A stretch of 64,000 nt of DNA, from positions 32,001-96,000 of the IMG/VR virus record IMGVR_UViG_3300046779_001442. The stretch is one strand, 5' to 3'. Positions 52,851 to 61,660 of the stretch are shown piece after piece (position 1 is the first letter of the stretch; the number at the start of each line of letters is the position of its first letter). The stretch is from a virus. The notes under the pieces were generated by a model. It was not told the DNA's origin, searched no databases, and worked only from the letters and a program-made list of their open reading frames with translations. Made by a program: the position numbers and the translations under genes.

Positions 52851-52922
52851 GCCCCTATAGCTCAGCGGTAGAGCTGCGGACTTTTAATCCGTAGGCCCTT
52901 GGTTCGATCCCAAGTGGGGGCA
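52851..52922 (+). tRNA. tRNA-Lys(TTT)
   Basis: Cloverleaf, loop ctTTTaa. Confidence 0.92.
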
Positions 52923-52926
52923 CTAT

Positions 52927-52997
52927 TCTCCCTTCGTCCAACGGCAGGACACTAGGTTTTGGCCCTAGGAATCGTGGTTCGAATCCACGGGGGAGAG
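52927..52997 (+). tRNA. tRNA-Gln(TTG)
   Basis: U1-A72, loop ttTTGgc. Confidence 0.9.
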
Positions 52998-53042
52998 CAA
53001 GATAAAGCGATTAATGCTATAATAGGTTGGAAAGGTTTGGAT

Positions 53043-53723
53043 ATGGAAAAGCCTCCTATAATAACGCACGAGATTAATAATTTTGATATTTGGTATAACA
53101 CCAAAGATCCATTTTTCACAGAGCTGTCTCAGAAATCAAACATACCATTTAATTGGCTTGCATACAAAACAGTGCTTTCTGGAGAGAACAAAGACTCAGT
53201 GATAAAGCCAATTAATAGATATGTTGAGAGACTGGTACCGCCACCAGATCTGATAAGTATAAATAATAATATAGTAACACTTCGTCAACGTAACCATGCT
53301 GAGTTTTTTCTATTAGAAAAAGAAGATGGATCATTTTATAACGTTGATAGACCATGGCAAAGACAATACTATAATTCTGCACTAGACTTTGATGCAGATA
53401 ACTGCTATCCTGGAACATTTAAATTCTATGTACCATGGTTTATTGATGAATCAGTTGTTGCATATTTTCATCCACCAAAAGAAGATACCCCATTCCACAC
53501 ATATTCAAGCATAGCAAACTATGGCAGGGTTCCAGATGATGCAAGGTTTGTAGAGCCACACTTCGTTCCCTTTAGATTTAAGAGGGTGGGGCCACACATG
53601 ATTGATGATAAGTTTGGTAAAATACCAATAGGATCTGCAATGTATGACATAATGTTCTACGCAGATGATATAATAATAGAAAGAGTAAAGGAATTCTATG
53701 AAAAACAAAGCAAACATAATTAG
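53043..53723 (+). CDS. Divergent paralog of the next two genes (DUF6065-like)
   Basis: FKFYVPWF and GKIPIGSAMYDI resemble paralog motifs; start moved out of tRNA-Gln; upstream TG-C-TATAAT. Confidence 0.5.
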   Translation: MEKPPIITHEINNFDIWYNTKDPFFTELSQKSNIPFNWLAYKTVLSGENKDSVIKPINRYVERLVPPPDLISINNNIVTLRQRNHAEFFLLEKEDGSFYNVDRPWQRQYYNSALDFDADNCYPGTFKFYVPWFIDESVVAYFHPPKEDTPFHTYSSIANYGRVPDDARFVEPHFVPFRFKRVGPHMIDDKFGKIPIGSAMYDIMFYADDIIIERVKEFYEKQSKHN

Positions 53724-54429
53724 CTTTTATCCTCTGAATGAAGAGGTACGAAATTTTGTCCCAGAGCCAGTACCAGCTTCACGGAACTTACCACAGTGGT
53801 ACAAGGACACACCTGGTTCAATTGATAACGGTGAAATGATGGCACAAATGGGTCAGCCAGCTAGTACAGTAAAGAAGTGCATGCCCATCTTTGATGCAAT
53901 TACTGCAGGATATATTTTGAGAATGCCTATGGATGTCTATGTAGATGCGACTGGCGAAAAACTAACCTATCAAATACCACTAGCTATGTCAAAGTTCAAG
54001 GGTGATCTTTTTGCTACACATGAACGTAGACAATATGAGAAGTATCCATATGGAGACAAGTGGCACCAAGACCTACTTAGAATCATGCCTATGTGGATCA
54101 TTAAGACACCAAAGGGCTTTAGCACACTGATCACTCAGCCATTTCATGGAGATTCATCACCGCTATATGCAGTACATGGTCTTGTTGATACTGATGGGTT
54201 TGCTACTGATGGGCACTTTTCTTTCTGGGTTGAAAAAGGTTTCAAGGGCACAATCCCACAGGGCACACCAATTGCACAGGTAATTCCTTTCAGACGTGAT
54301 GATTGGCAGATGGAAATTCTTACGGCAGAAGATACGCAAAAGGATATTCTTCCACAAAGACTAACTCTGCGTAGTACATTTAATAATGGATATAAGAATA
54401 AGTTTAGAAGCCGTAAAGAATATAAATAA
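53698..54429 (+). CDS. DUF6065-like protein (possible dUTPase-like fold)
   Basis: P.WYK, KKCMPIFDAITAGY, TPKGFSTL, G.VDTD, IPQGTPIAQVIPFRR. Confidence 0.65.
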   Translation: MKNKANIISFYPLNEEVRNFVPEPVPASRNLPQWYKDTPGSIDNGEMMAQMGQPASTVKKCMPIFDAITAGYILRMPMDVYVDATGEKLTYQIPLAMSKFKGDLFATHERRQYEKYPYGDKWHQDLLRIMPMWIIKTPKGFSTLITQPFHGDSSPLYAVHGLVDTDGFATDGHFSFWVEKGFKGTIPQGTPIAQVIPFRRDDWQMEILTAEDTQKDILPQRLTLRSTFNNGYKNKFRSRKEYK

Positions 54430-55202
54430 TGTCTGAACCGCTAAAGATTACTTTTATACCTGCTCACGCAGAGCCGTATAGGCTAAAAGAGATGAGCCCA
54501 CCAGAACCAGCTGTAAGGCATATTCCTGAGTGGTACAGGTCTTTGGCAAGACATGACAAGTCTAATAGTGATATAACTCTTAGGCCAGAGAATCATATTG
54601 GCACTGATGGTGCACAGGTATCTACAAAAATGTGCATGCCTTATTTTGATGCAATAACTGCAGGGTATCAGTACTGTTTAGAGGATGATCTATATGTTGA
54701 TATGGATGAGAATGGTCATCCTATTATGCATTGGAAGGGTAATGTTATGTTGGTTGATACACGACCAATCTTTGACGTTCCGCTACCAGACAACTGCCAC
54801 CCAATACATTTTGGCTGGAGAATGAATTGGTTCTATGAGACTCCTCCAGGATACTCTGTTCTAATTACACACCCAATGAATAGGCACGATCTTCCATTCT
54901 ATACTCTTTCTGGAATAGTTGATGCTGACATTTGGGGACTACCCGTATTTACCGCATTCTTTTTAAAGCGTAACTTCCGTGGTGTAATTCCAAAGGGCAC
55001 ACCAATTTTTCAGATGATACCATTCAAGCGTGACAACTGGGAGTTAGATGTTGATAGCTCACAGGAAACGATTGATGAACACTGGTTCCGTGGAGAAAAT
55101 AGAAGATCTATGCTATATGGATACTATAAGAAGACAGCTTGGCGTAAAAAGATATTTGGTATTTTTGGCAAAAAAGAAAAAGAAGTTTCCCATGATGAAT
55201 AG
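54429..55202 (+). CDS. DUF6065-like protein, paralog
   Basis: KMCMPYFDAITAGY, TPPGYSVL, IPKGTPIFQMIPFKR. Confidence 0.65.
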   Translation: MSEPLKITFIPAHAEPYRLKEMSPPEPAVRHIPEWYRSLARHDKSNSDITLRPENHIGTDGAQVSTKMCMPYFDAITAGYQYCLEDDLYVDMDENGHPIMHWKGNVMLVDTRPIFDVPLPDNCHPIHFGWRMNWFYETPPGYSVLITHPMNRHDLPFYTLSGIVDADIWGLPVFTAFFLKRNFRGVIPKGTPIFQMIPFKRDNWELDVDSSQETIDEHWFRGENRRSMLYGYYKKTAWRKKIFGIFGKKEKEVSHDE

Positions 55203-56061
55203 CACAAACCTTACAATAGTTGTAGTGTCTTATAAAGATAAGAATCTTTTTGATTTTGTAAATAATCTAGATAAGAACACTATTTCTGATCATTCAATTG
55301 AGGTATTTGAGCAGCACCCAGTAGACCACTATAAAGATTTCTGGGAGATACCTAAATGCTCTTATGAACATAAAATATGGGATGATATCGCTGGACTAAC
55401 CGTCAAAAAAATAAGTAAGATTGAACCAAGGTTAGATTCGTCAACACATATATGCATTATAACTCCAGACTCTGTTCTCTCTTATGGATGGGACAAAGAG
55501 TTGCTTGAGTTCATGAATAGCAATGACAATGTAGTAATTTCTGGTGGTGGGTTAATATCTGTAACACATAAGGATTTGTTCTCGCTTGAGGCAAAGTATG
55601 TCCCATCAAAGCATTTTTCAAAAACAAATTTTATAAATAAAAATTTCATATTTGCAAAATCAGAAGCATTTAATAATATTGTTATGCCTAATTTCTTAAA
55701 ATACTACGGAGAAGACGAATATTGGACTCTTGCCTTTATGTCTAATGGGTATGAAATATTCTCATGCCCAGATAATATATATGTAGATAAGATGTATAGG
55801 TCTATAGAAAATACATATCATACATTTTCATCTGAGCATAACTATAATGTAGTTGTAGATATTTTAAATAAAATTGACAACGATAGGTATGGAATCACTG
55901 ATGAAGCAATTGATAGATTTGCTAATTTTCACAAGATTGACACTGCAAAAATACTGAAGCTGCCATATCAAACAAATGATGTTTTATATGATCCATATGA
56001 CTTAAAAATGCATGATGTGGATGCAAGAAGATTTATAGCAGGGACTAAGGCGGTATACTAA
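55192..56061 (+). CDS. GT-A glycosyltransferase-like protein, degenerate
   Basis: IVVVSYKD, PDS.L..GWD, YYGEDE; lacks the DSH motif. Confidence 0.55.
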   Translation: MMNSTNLTIVVVSYKDKNLFDFVNNLDKNTISDHSIEVFEQHPVDHYKDFWEIPKCSYEHKIWDDIAGLTVKKISKIEPRLDSSTHICIITPDSVLSYGWDKELLEFMNSNDNVVISGGGLISVTHKDLFSLEAKYVPSKHFSKTNFINKNFIFAKSEAFNNIVMPNFLKYYGEDEYWTLAFMSNGYEIFSCPDNIYVDKMYRSIENTYHTFSSEHNYNVVVDILNKIDNDRYGITDEAIDRFANFHKIDTAKILKLPYQTNDVLYDPYDLKMHDVDARRFIAGTKAVY

Positions 56062-56062
56062 G

Positions 56063-56674
56063 ATGGAGGAAAAAATGCATAGAATAGAAATTGTAAGTAA
56101 CTTCTTAGAAGAAGATGATGCTAAGCTTTATGTAAAAGAAGCAGATCATCCATCAGCCATAGAGCCATTTCCAGAATACTATAAGGAAAGATTTGGTGGC
56201 ACAGCTCTTCAGTATAATGAGAACACCAGATATCTTAATAAAAAGTACGGAAGAAAGGCTGCTGAGTATGTAAAAAAGCTTTATGGCTTTAAGCGTCCAG
56301 TATATGTATACAAGGTGTTTATGAATCATACTACAGAGATAGGATATACTGGTGGACTGCATACAGACTCTGTAAATCCAGAACCTTGGATCGAATGGAG
56401 TGTTGTTGCCTACCCAGAGAATAATTTTGAGGGAGGAAAGCTACACTTTCCAAATCAAGAATTTGTGTATGATCCAGTGCCACTAGAAGCAGTTTTTTTC
56501 CCAAGTGCAGGACACGAATATATTCATGGAATATCAGAGATGACTGCTGGAGAAAGATTTTCAATAGTTATTTGTCTGACAAGTCTTCCATGGCATGCAG
56601 ATCAGGACATGCTGGAGCCAGAAGATGATATGGAATGGATTCCAAACATTTATAATTTGAAAGAAGATAACTAA
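56063..56674 (+). CDS. 2OG-Fe(II) prolyl-4-hydroxylase-like oxygenase
   Basis: LHTD, NFEGGKLHF, FFPS...YIHG, GERFS. Confidence 0.85.
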   Translation: MEEKMHRIEIVSNFLEEDDAKLYVKEADHPSAIEPFPEYYKERFGGTALQYNENTRYLNKKYGRKAAEYVKKLYGFKRPVYVYKVFMNHTTEIGYTGGLHTDSVNPEPWIEWSVVAYPENNFEGGKLHFPNQEFVYDPVPLEAVFFPSAGHEYIHGISEMTAGERFSIVICLTSLPWHADQDMLEPEDDMEWIPNIYNLKEDN

Positions 56675-57636
56675 TGTTTATAAATAAAGATAAAACAATT
56701 TTTATGACTGTTCCAGCATACAATGATCCATCTCTTATTAGGACTATAGAGAGTGCCATAGACAATGCACTTTTTCCAGAAAGAGTATTCTTTTGTATTG
56801 GTATGCAATATGACGAAGATAAAATGCCAGATATTTCTAAATACTTGGATAACCCTAATTTCAATTTTATTTTTTATGATGTGAAAGAAAGGCCAGGGGT
56901 TTATTGGATTAGACGTGAAATGGCTGAGCAACACCAGGGCCAAGATTACTTCTTGATGATTGACTCTCACATGTTATTTTCTAAATACTGGGATGCAAAA
57001 CTAATAAATGACTATGAAGATCTTAGAAGATTGCATGGTGACAGAACCATCATATCTAGACCAACCATGGATGGTTTGGGAGAAGCTATTACAAGCGGTT
57101 TGATTAATGATAAATCGCACTGGATCGTTGACTGGAATAATCAAAAAGATAGTATTGAGCGTACGATATTACCTTGGACATCACAGTTTCCTTGGGAAGG
57201 TGAGAGATATCAGTATACCCTATACTCATGCAGTCACTTTTTTTTCACAAACAAAGACTATCTTTCTGATGTAGGGTTTCATAAAACAATAAGGTCATAT
57301 TCCGAGGAATATACTATTGCAATAAGTAGCTTCTTATCTGGATGGGATTACTATATGCTTCCAGAGTATGTACATATAGGACATGACGATAGGGCAACAG
57401 CTCAGGCAATTTATGGTAAAGATAAGCATACCTTGGGTAGCGATGGTAAGAGATATCAGGCCTTGTTTGAGACACCAGAAGAAAAACTGGAGATATCAAA
57501 GTTTGTTTTGCTAGACAATTCTAAAATGTTTAAGGTTAAAAACCAGAGAAGAAACATAGAAGAATTCTATCAAATAGCTGGAAAAGAACTTTCCGATGCT
57601 AGAGATACCTTTATAGCAATGCTAAATTTAAATTAA
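56674..57636 (+). CDS. GT60/Gnt1-like GlcNAc transferase
   Basis: IFMTVPAYND, YFLMIDSHMLFSKYWD, HFFF, SEE. Confidence 0.75.
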   Translation: MFINKDKTIFMTVPAYNDPSLIRTIESAIDNALFPERVFFCIGMQYDEDKMPDISKYLDNPNFNFIFYDVKERPGVYWIRREMAEQHQGQDYFLMIDSHMLFSKYWDAKLINDYEDLRRLHGDRTIISRPTMDGLGEAITSGLINDKSHWIVDWNNQKDSIERTILPWTSQFPWEGERYQYTLYSCSHFFFTNKDYLSDVGFHKTIRSYSEEYTIAISSFLSGWDYYMLPEYVHIGHDDRATAQAIYGKDKHTLGSDGKRYQALFETPEEKLEISKFVLLDNSKMFKVKNQRRNIEEFYQIAGKELSDARDTFIAMLNLN

Positions 57637-58542
57637 TTTGCATGTTACTGGATCATACCCTATAAAGCTAATATAGTCTTCAATAGATCTTTTAGTTAGT
57701 GCACCGTTCTTTGGGTGGTATATCTTTTCTACAAATATTGACTTGAAATATTCGTGGTCTTGCTCTTCTTTTTTCCCCCAAAGACTATTCCATCTTGGAT
57801 CCTTATACCTAGAGTGCTTAACATATGAGTCTTTATCTGCATGCTCATAGTCAAAACCGCAGAGATATGATCCTGAAGGGCCTACTACATTGTATCCACC
57901 AGTATATGCCCTAAGCATCATCATAGGCTGTTCATATTTAAATAATATGTTATCTGCTTGTGGAACATCACGTAAAAATTGTGTCTCACCAAATAAATGT
58001 CCAGCACATATAAATTTTTCTAGAGTTTGTATTGGTTGCTTGACTACCTGCCTGCCCATGATTGGTCCGCCATATATTTTGAACCACTCTTCATCGGCTT
58101 CTGCTGTCCACAAACACCCCTTAAAGTCTTCATCCCAGTCTGTAAATATTGTTGGTATGTATCCACCAATTACACTTTTACCAAATTGGCGATTAGCATC
58201 TTCTAGCTCATTAATAAAGTGTAAGTCCCAGTTTGGTGCAAATTTTGTGTGGGAGTCAACCTGTAAAAAATATCTCTCATCCCTAACTAACGTCATGGCT
58301 ATATCGCCACGTATTTTGGTAAGTGATAGAGGAGCTGTCTCTGCGTCAATCCAAATAAACCTAACCTCTGGTCCAAGGTTATTTATTTCTTTAATCATCC
58401 ATCTATCTTCTTCATACCCCTGAAAGACACAGCCAAAAACCAGCCCATCCTTATTTGATGCAGAGTTATATGCAGATAGGATTGTATTAATTACAAACGG
58501 ATCTCTCCATGCAGATATCTGAACTATTATCTTATTTTTCAC
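57628..58542 (-). CDS. GT60/Gnt1-like GlcNAc transferase (only credible minus-strand gene)
   Basis: IIVQISAWRD, YFLQVDSHTKFAPNWD, RAYTGGY. Confidence 0.8.
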   Translation of the reverse strand: MKNKIIVQISAWRDPFVINTILSAYNSASNKDGLVFGCVFQGYEEDRWMIKEINNLGPEVRFIWIDAETAPLSLTKIRGDIAMTLVRDERYFLQVDSHTKFAPNWDLHFINELEDANRQFGKSVIGGYIPTIFTDWDEDFKGCLWTAEADEEWFKIYGGPIMGRQVVKQPIQTLEKFICAGHLFGETQFLRDVPQADNILFKYEQPMMMLRAYTGGYNVVGPSGSYLCGFDYEHADKDSYVKHSRYKDPRWNSLWGKKEEQDHEYFKSIFVEKIYHPKNGALTKRSIEDYISFIGYDPVTCKLI

Positions 58543-58555
58543 AGCTTTCCTAACA

Positions 58556-58574
58556 TGATATAATTAGTATACCA
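58556..58574. promoter_or_regulatory. Bidirectional extended -10 promoter
   Basis: Plus TG-A-TATAAT 58556-58564; minus TG-G-TATACT 58574-58566. Confidence 0.6.
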
Positions 58575-58594
58575 GAAGGCCTAGGGGAGGTATT

Positions 58595-59173
58595 ATGGCA
58601 AATAAAAACACGGCAGCCCTACTAGTTGAGGTTGCAAAGAAAGAACTTGGGACTATTGAAGGACCAAAAGATAATGAGACCAAATATGGTAAATTTACAA
58701 AGGTAAACTTTCAGCCTTGGTGCGGAAGTTTCGTTATGTGGTGTGCAGATCAAGCAGGGGTAAAGGTGCCAAACACTGTCTACACACCAGCAGGTGCAGC
58801 ATCATTTGAAAAAATGGGTGCATGGATTGATGCAAAGAGTGGAGAATCACCACAGCCAGGAGACATCCTGTTTTTTGATTTTCCAGAAGATGGTGTCAAT
58901 AGAATATCTCATGTAGGTATTTGCATTAAGGCTGGAAGAGATGGGCTATGCACAACTGTAGAAGGCAACACATCTGGGACTGCAAAGGGAGACCAGAGAA
59001 ATGGCGGAATGGTTGCAGAAAAGATTCGTGGATATGCAAAGAATAAAAAGGGTATTCAGGTGTCTATTGTTGGATGGGGCAGACCAAAGTTTGCATCTAA
59101 CACTTCTGCATCAGAGAAACCTTTTGACACAGACTCGGTAGTGGAAATTTATTGCGATTATCTAGAAGCATAA
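58595..59173 (+). CDS. CHAP-domain endolysin
   Basis: PWCGSFV, PGDI.FF, SHVGI, EGNT. Confidence 0.88.
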   Translation: MANKNTAALLVEVAKKELGTIEGPKDNETKYGKFTKVNFQPWCGSFVMWCADQAGVKVPNTVYTPAGAASFEKMGAWIDAKSGESPQPGDILFFDFPEDGVNRISHVGICIKAGRDGLCTTVEGNTSGTAKGDQRNGGMVAEKIRGYAKNKKGIQVSIVGWGRPKFASNTSASEKPFDTDSVVEIYCDYLEA

Positions 59174-59208
59174 TGTGTTAAAATATATTTATACAGAAGG
59201 AGGGCCAT

Positions 59209-59979
59209 ATGGCCAAGTATCAATATCCGATTGACGGAGGAAAAAACAAAGGCTGGAAAATCAGCAGTAAGATGGGCTGGAGAATCCACCCAGTTCAGAA
59301 AACCAAAAAGCACCACAATGGAACTGACATCTTTGGGCTTGGAAAGAAGCCATGGTACATCGAAGCATTTGCAGATGGAAAGGTTCTAAAGGCACAGAAG
59401 TCGACTGCTGCAGGTGGTGGATTTGGATACTATGTAGTGCTTTTACACAAGATTGATGGAGTATTTTACACATCGCTATATGCTCACATGGAAGAAGGAT
59501 CTATTCAGGTAAAGGTTGGTCAGACTGTTAAGGCTGGTACAGTTCTTGGTAAGATGGGAACTACTGGTATGTCAACTGGTGTTCACCTTCACTGGGAGAT
59601 CTGGAAGGGCAAAGAACATGGCTGGTCTGCAGATGGCAAGGGCTTCGTTGAGCCAGTTGGTTTCGTAGAAGCACTTATGGCAGCAGAGAAGGCAAAGGCA
59701 TCAGCTGATGAGGTAACTCCTGCTGACGCTCCAGCACAGCCACTGCCAGCTCACTCGGCCATGCCAGAGGAAAAGCCAAAGCCAGCACCAAAGACTGCAT
59801 CTAAACCAGCTGCTAAGCCAGTTGCAAAGACAGCAGCAAAGATATATACTGTTAAGTCAGGAGATACTCTTGGTGCTATTGCAACTAAGAACAAAACTAC
59901 TGTTGCTAATCTTGTTAAGATTAATGGACTTAAAGATGCTAACAAGATTTCTGTTGGTCAGAAAATTAAGCTTGGCTAG
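59209..59979 (+). CDS. M23 peptidase + LysM endolysin
   Basis: HNGTD, YAHM, HLHWE; YTVKSGDTL..IA. Confidence 0.92.
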   Translation: MAKYQYPIDGGKNKGWKISSKMGWRIHPVQKTKKHHNGTDIFGLGKKPWYIEAFADGKVLKAQKSTAAGGGFGYYVVLLHKIDGVFYTSLYAHMEEGSIQVKVGQTVKAGTVLGKMGTTGMSTGVHLHWEIWKGKEHGWSADGKGFVEPVGFVEALMAAEKAKASADEVTPADAPAQPLPAHSAMPEEKPKPAPKTASKPAAKPVAKTAAKIYTVKSGDTLGAIATKNKTTVANLVKINGLKDANKISVGQKIKLG

Positions 59980-60026
59980 TTGACAAGATCTACACTGGGT
60001 GGTATACTTTATATAGTATGCCACCC
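59980..60026 (+). promoter_or_regulatory. SigA promoter overlapped by 12-bp inverted repeat
   Basis: TTGACA-17-TATACT; gggtggtatact / agtatgccaccc. Confidence 0.7.
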
Positions 60027-60050
60027 TTTGTGGCCTTTATAGGAGGAAAT

Positions 60051-60251
60051 ATGGAATCCAATAAAAGAAGTATGATTAAGACATTGAGCTGGGAGACATT
60101 CCATCTCGTTGGAGTGGCTGGTGTGATTTATCTTTTCACTGGCGAATGGGAGTACGCAAGCCTTGGAGCACTAATTTACATTGCTTGGGAATCTCTTGGA
60201 TATTATATCCATGAGCGTCTTTGGGCTAAGTTTGGTAAGAAGGTAAAGTAG
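60051..60251 (+). CDS. DUF2061-like membrane protein
   Basis: RSMIKTLSW...YYIHERLW; SD aggagg. Confidence 0.75.
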   Translation: MESNKRSMIKTLSWETFHLVGVAGVIYLFTGEWEYASLGALIYIAWESLGYYIHERLWAKFGKKVK

Positions 60252-60430
60252 TGCCAGTATACGAATACGCATGCACATCCTGTGACCATTCATTTAAAGA
60301 AACTAGAAGCATCCACGATCCATCTCCAGAGCATATGTGTGAAAAATGTGGATATAGAATGAAGCAAGTGCTAGGCACTCCTGCAGTTCATTTTAAGGGT
60401 AGTGGATTTTATCGTACGGACAATAAATAA
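60251..60430 (+). CDS. FmdB-family zinc-ribbon protein (59 aa, absent from ORF track)
   Basis: MPVYEYACTSC...CEKCG...FKGSGFYRTD. Confidence 0.88.
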   Translation: MPVYEYACTSCDHSFKETRSIHDPSPEHMCEKCGYRMKQVLGTPAVHFKGSGFYRTDNK

Positions 60431-60666
60431 TGACAGAAGAGACAGTAAAAGAGTGGGTTCTAACTGCCAATGATCGCTGTGATAGTTGTGGTGCTCAGGC
60501 ATATGTACAGGTTACTGGAGTAACTGGATCTTTGCTCTTCTGCAGCCATCACTATAATAAGATTATGGATAATGCAGTAGGATATGACAAGATGATGAAG
60601 TTTGCGTATGAGTTTATTGATGAGCGTGAACGTCTACAAGAGAATCGAACAAAAGGTGAAGACTAA
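60430..60666 (+). CDS. Small zinc-binding protein
   Basis: DRCDSCGAQAYV...FCSHH. Confidence 0.7.
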   Translation: MTEETVKEWVLTANDRCDSCGAQAYVQVTGVTGSLLFCSHHYNKIMDNAVGYDKMMKFAYEFIDERERLQENRTKGED

Positions 60667-61660
60667 AAGAATTTTACTAACAGGTGGTGCTGGTTTTGTT
60701 GGAAGCCATGTGCTAAAGCGTATTCTTGATACCACTGACTGGGAAGTTGTTTTGCTAAAAACATTTCAGCATCATGGATGGCAGGACAGAATAGTTTGGG
60801 CAACTGATAGCAATGATGTAAAACTAAACAGAATTAAGCTAATCACATGCGACCTATCTGCACCAATTTCACCAATCACATCGAAAGAGATTGGGCATAT
60901 TGATTATGTAATTAATCTTGCAAGTGAAAGCCATGTTGATAGAAGTATTCAGTCACCCACCCCCTTTATTGTCAACAATGTTCAAGTTATTTGCCATATG
61001 CTTGACTGGGCTCGTGAGGCAAAGCCAGAAAAATTTGTGCATGTTTCTACTGACGAAGTGTTTGGTCCGTACCAAGATAGAAACTTTGTTGAGTGGGACA
61101 CACACCTACCTAGTAACCCATATAGTGCATCTAAAGCAGCACAAGAGGATATTATTTTTGCATATTGGAGAACCTATAGCATTCCAGTAGCAATTGTGAA
61201 TATCATGAATATTGTAGGCGAATGTCAAAACGTAGAGAAATTTACACCAATGGCAATTAAAAAAATTGTCAACGGTGAGACTCTAGACATCCACACTTAT
61301 GATGGCGACAAGATCGGAAGAAGATACTGGCTATATGCTGGAAATAAGGCATCAGCACTACTTCATACACTTGATCAGCCTTTTAGGCTGCCATCAGAGA
61401 CAAATCGTCCACTTAGATTTAATATTGCTGGAGATGCAGAATACTCTAATCTAGAGTGGGCACAGAAGATTGCAGATATTATTGGTAAGCCATTAAACTA
61501 CAGGCTTGTTGATTCTTCTATATCAAGGCCTGGATATGATTCAAGTTATGGGCTAGATAATAGCAAGATTCTCGATTCTGGATGGAAACCGCCATATAGT
61601 TTAGACGAGGCATTAGAAAAAATTGTTAATTGGTATTTGGAGCATCCAGAATGGTTATAA
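60656..61660 (+). CDS. rmlB: NDP-glucose 4,6-dehydratase (RmlB-like)
   Basis: GGAGFVG, ESHVDRS, STDEVFG, YSASK. Confidence 0.88.
   Translation: MKTKRILLTGGAGFVGSHVLKRILDTTDWEVVLLKTFQHHGWQDRIVWATDSNDVKLNRIKLITCDLSAPISPITSKEIGHIDYVINLASESHVDRSIQSPTPFIVNNVQVICHMLDWAREAKPEKFVHVSTDEVFGPYQDRNFVEWDTHLPSNPYSASKAAQEDIIFAYWRTYSIPVAIVNIMNIVGECQNVEKFTPMAIKKIVNGETLDIHTYDGDKIGRRYWLYAGNKASALLHTLDQPFRLPSETNRPLRFNIAGDAEYSNLEWAQKIADIIGKPLNYRLVDSSISRPGYDSSYGLDNSKILDSGWKPPYSLDEALEKIVNWYLEHPEWL

Noticed and set aside
52187-52997. ORF-track calls 52187..52384, 52644..52850 and the 5' extension of 52959..53723
   Set aside because: They overlap clear tRNA genes
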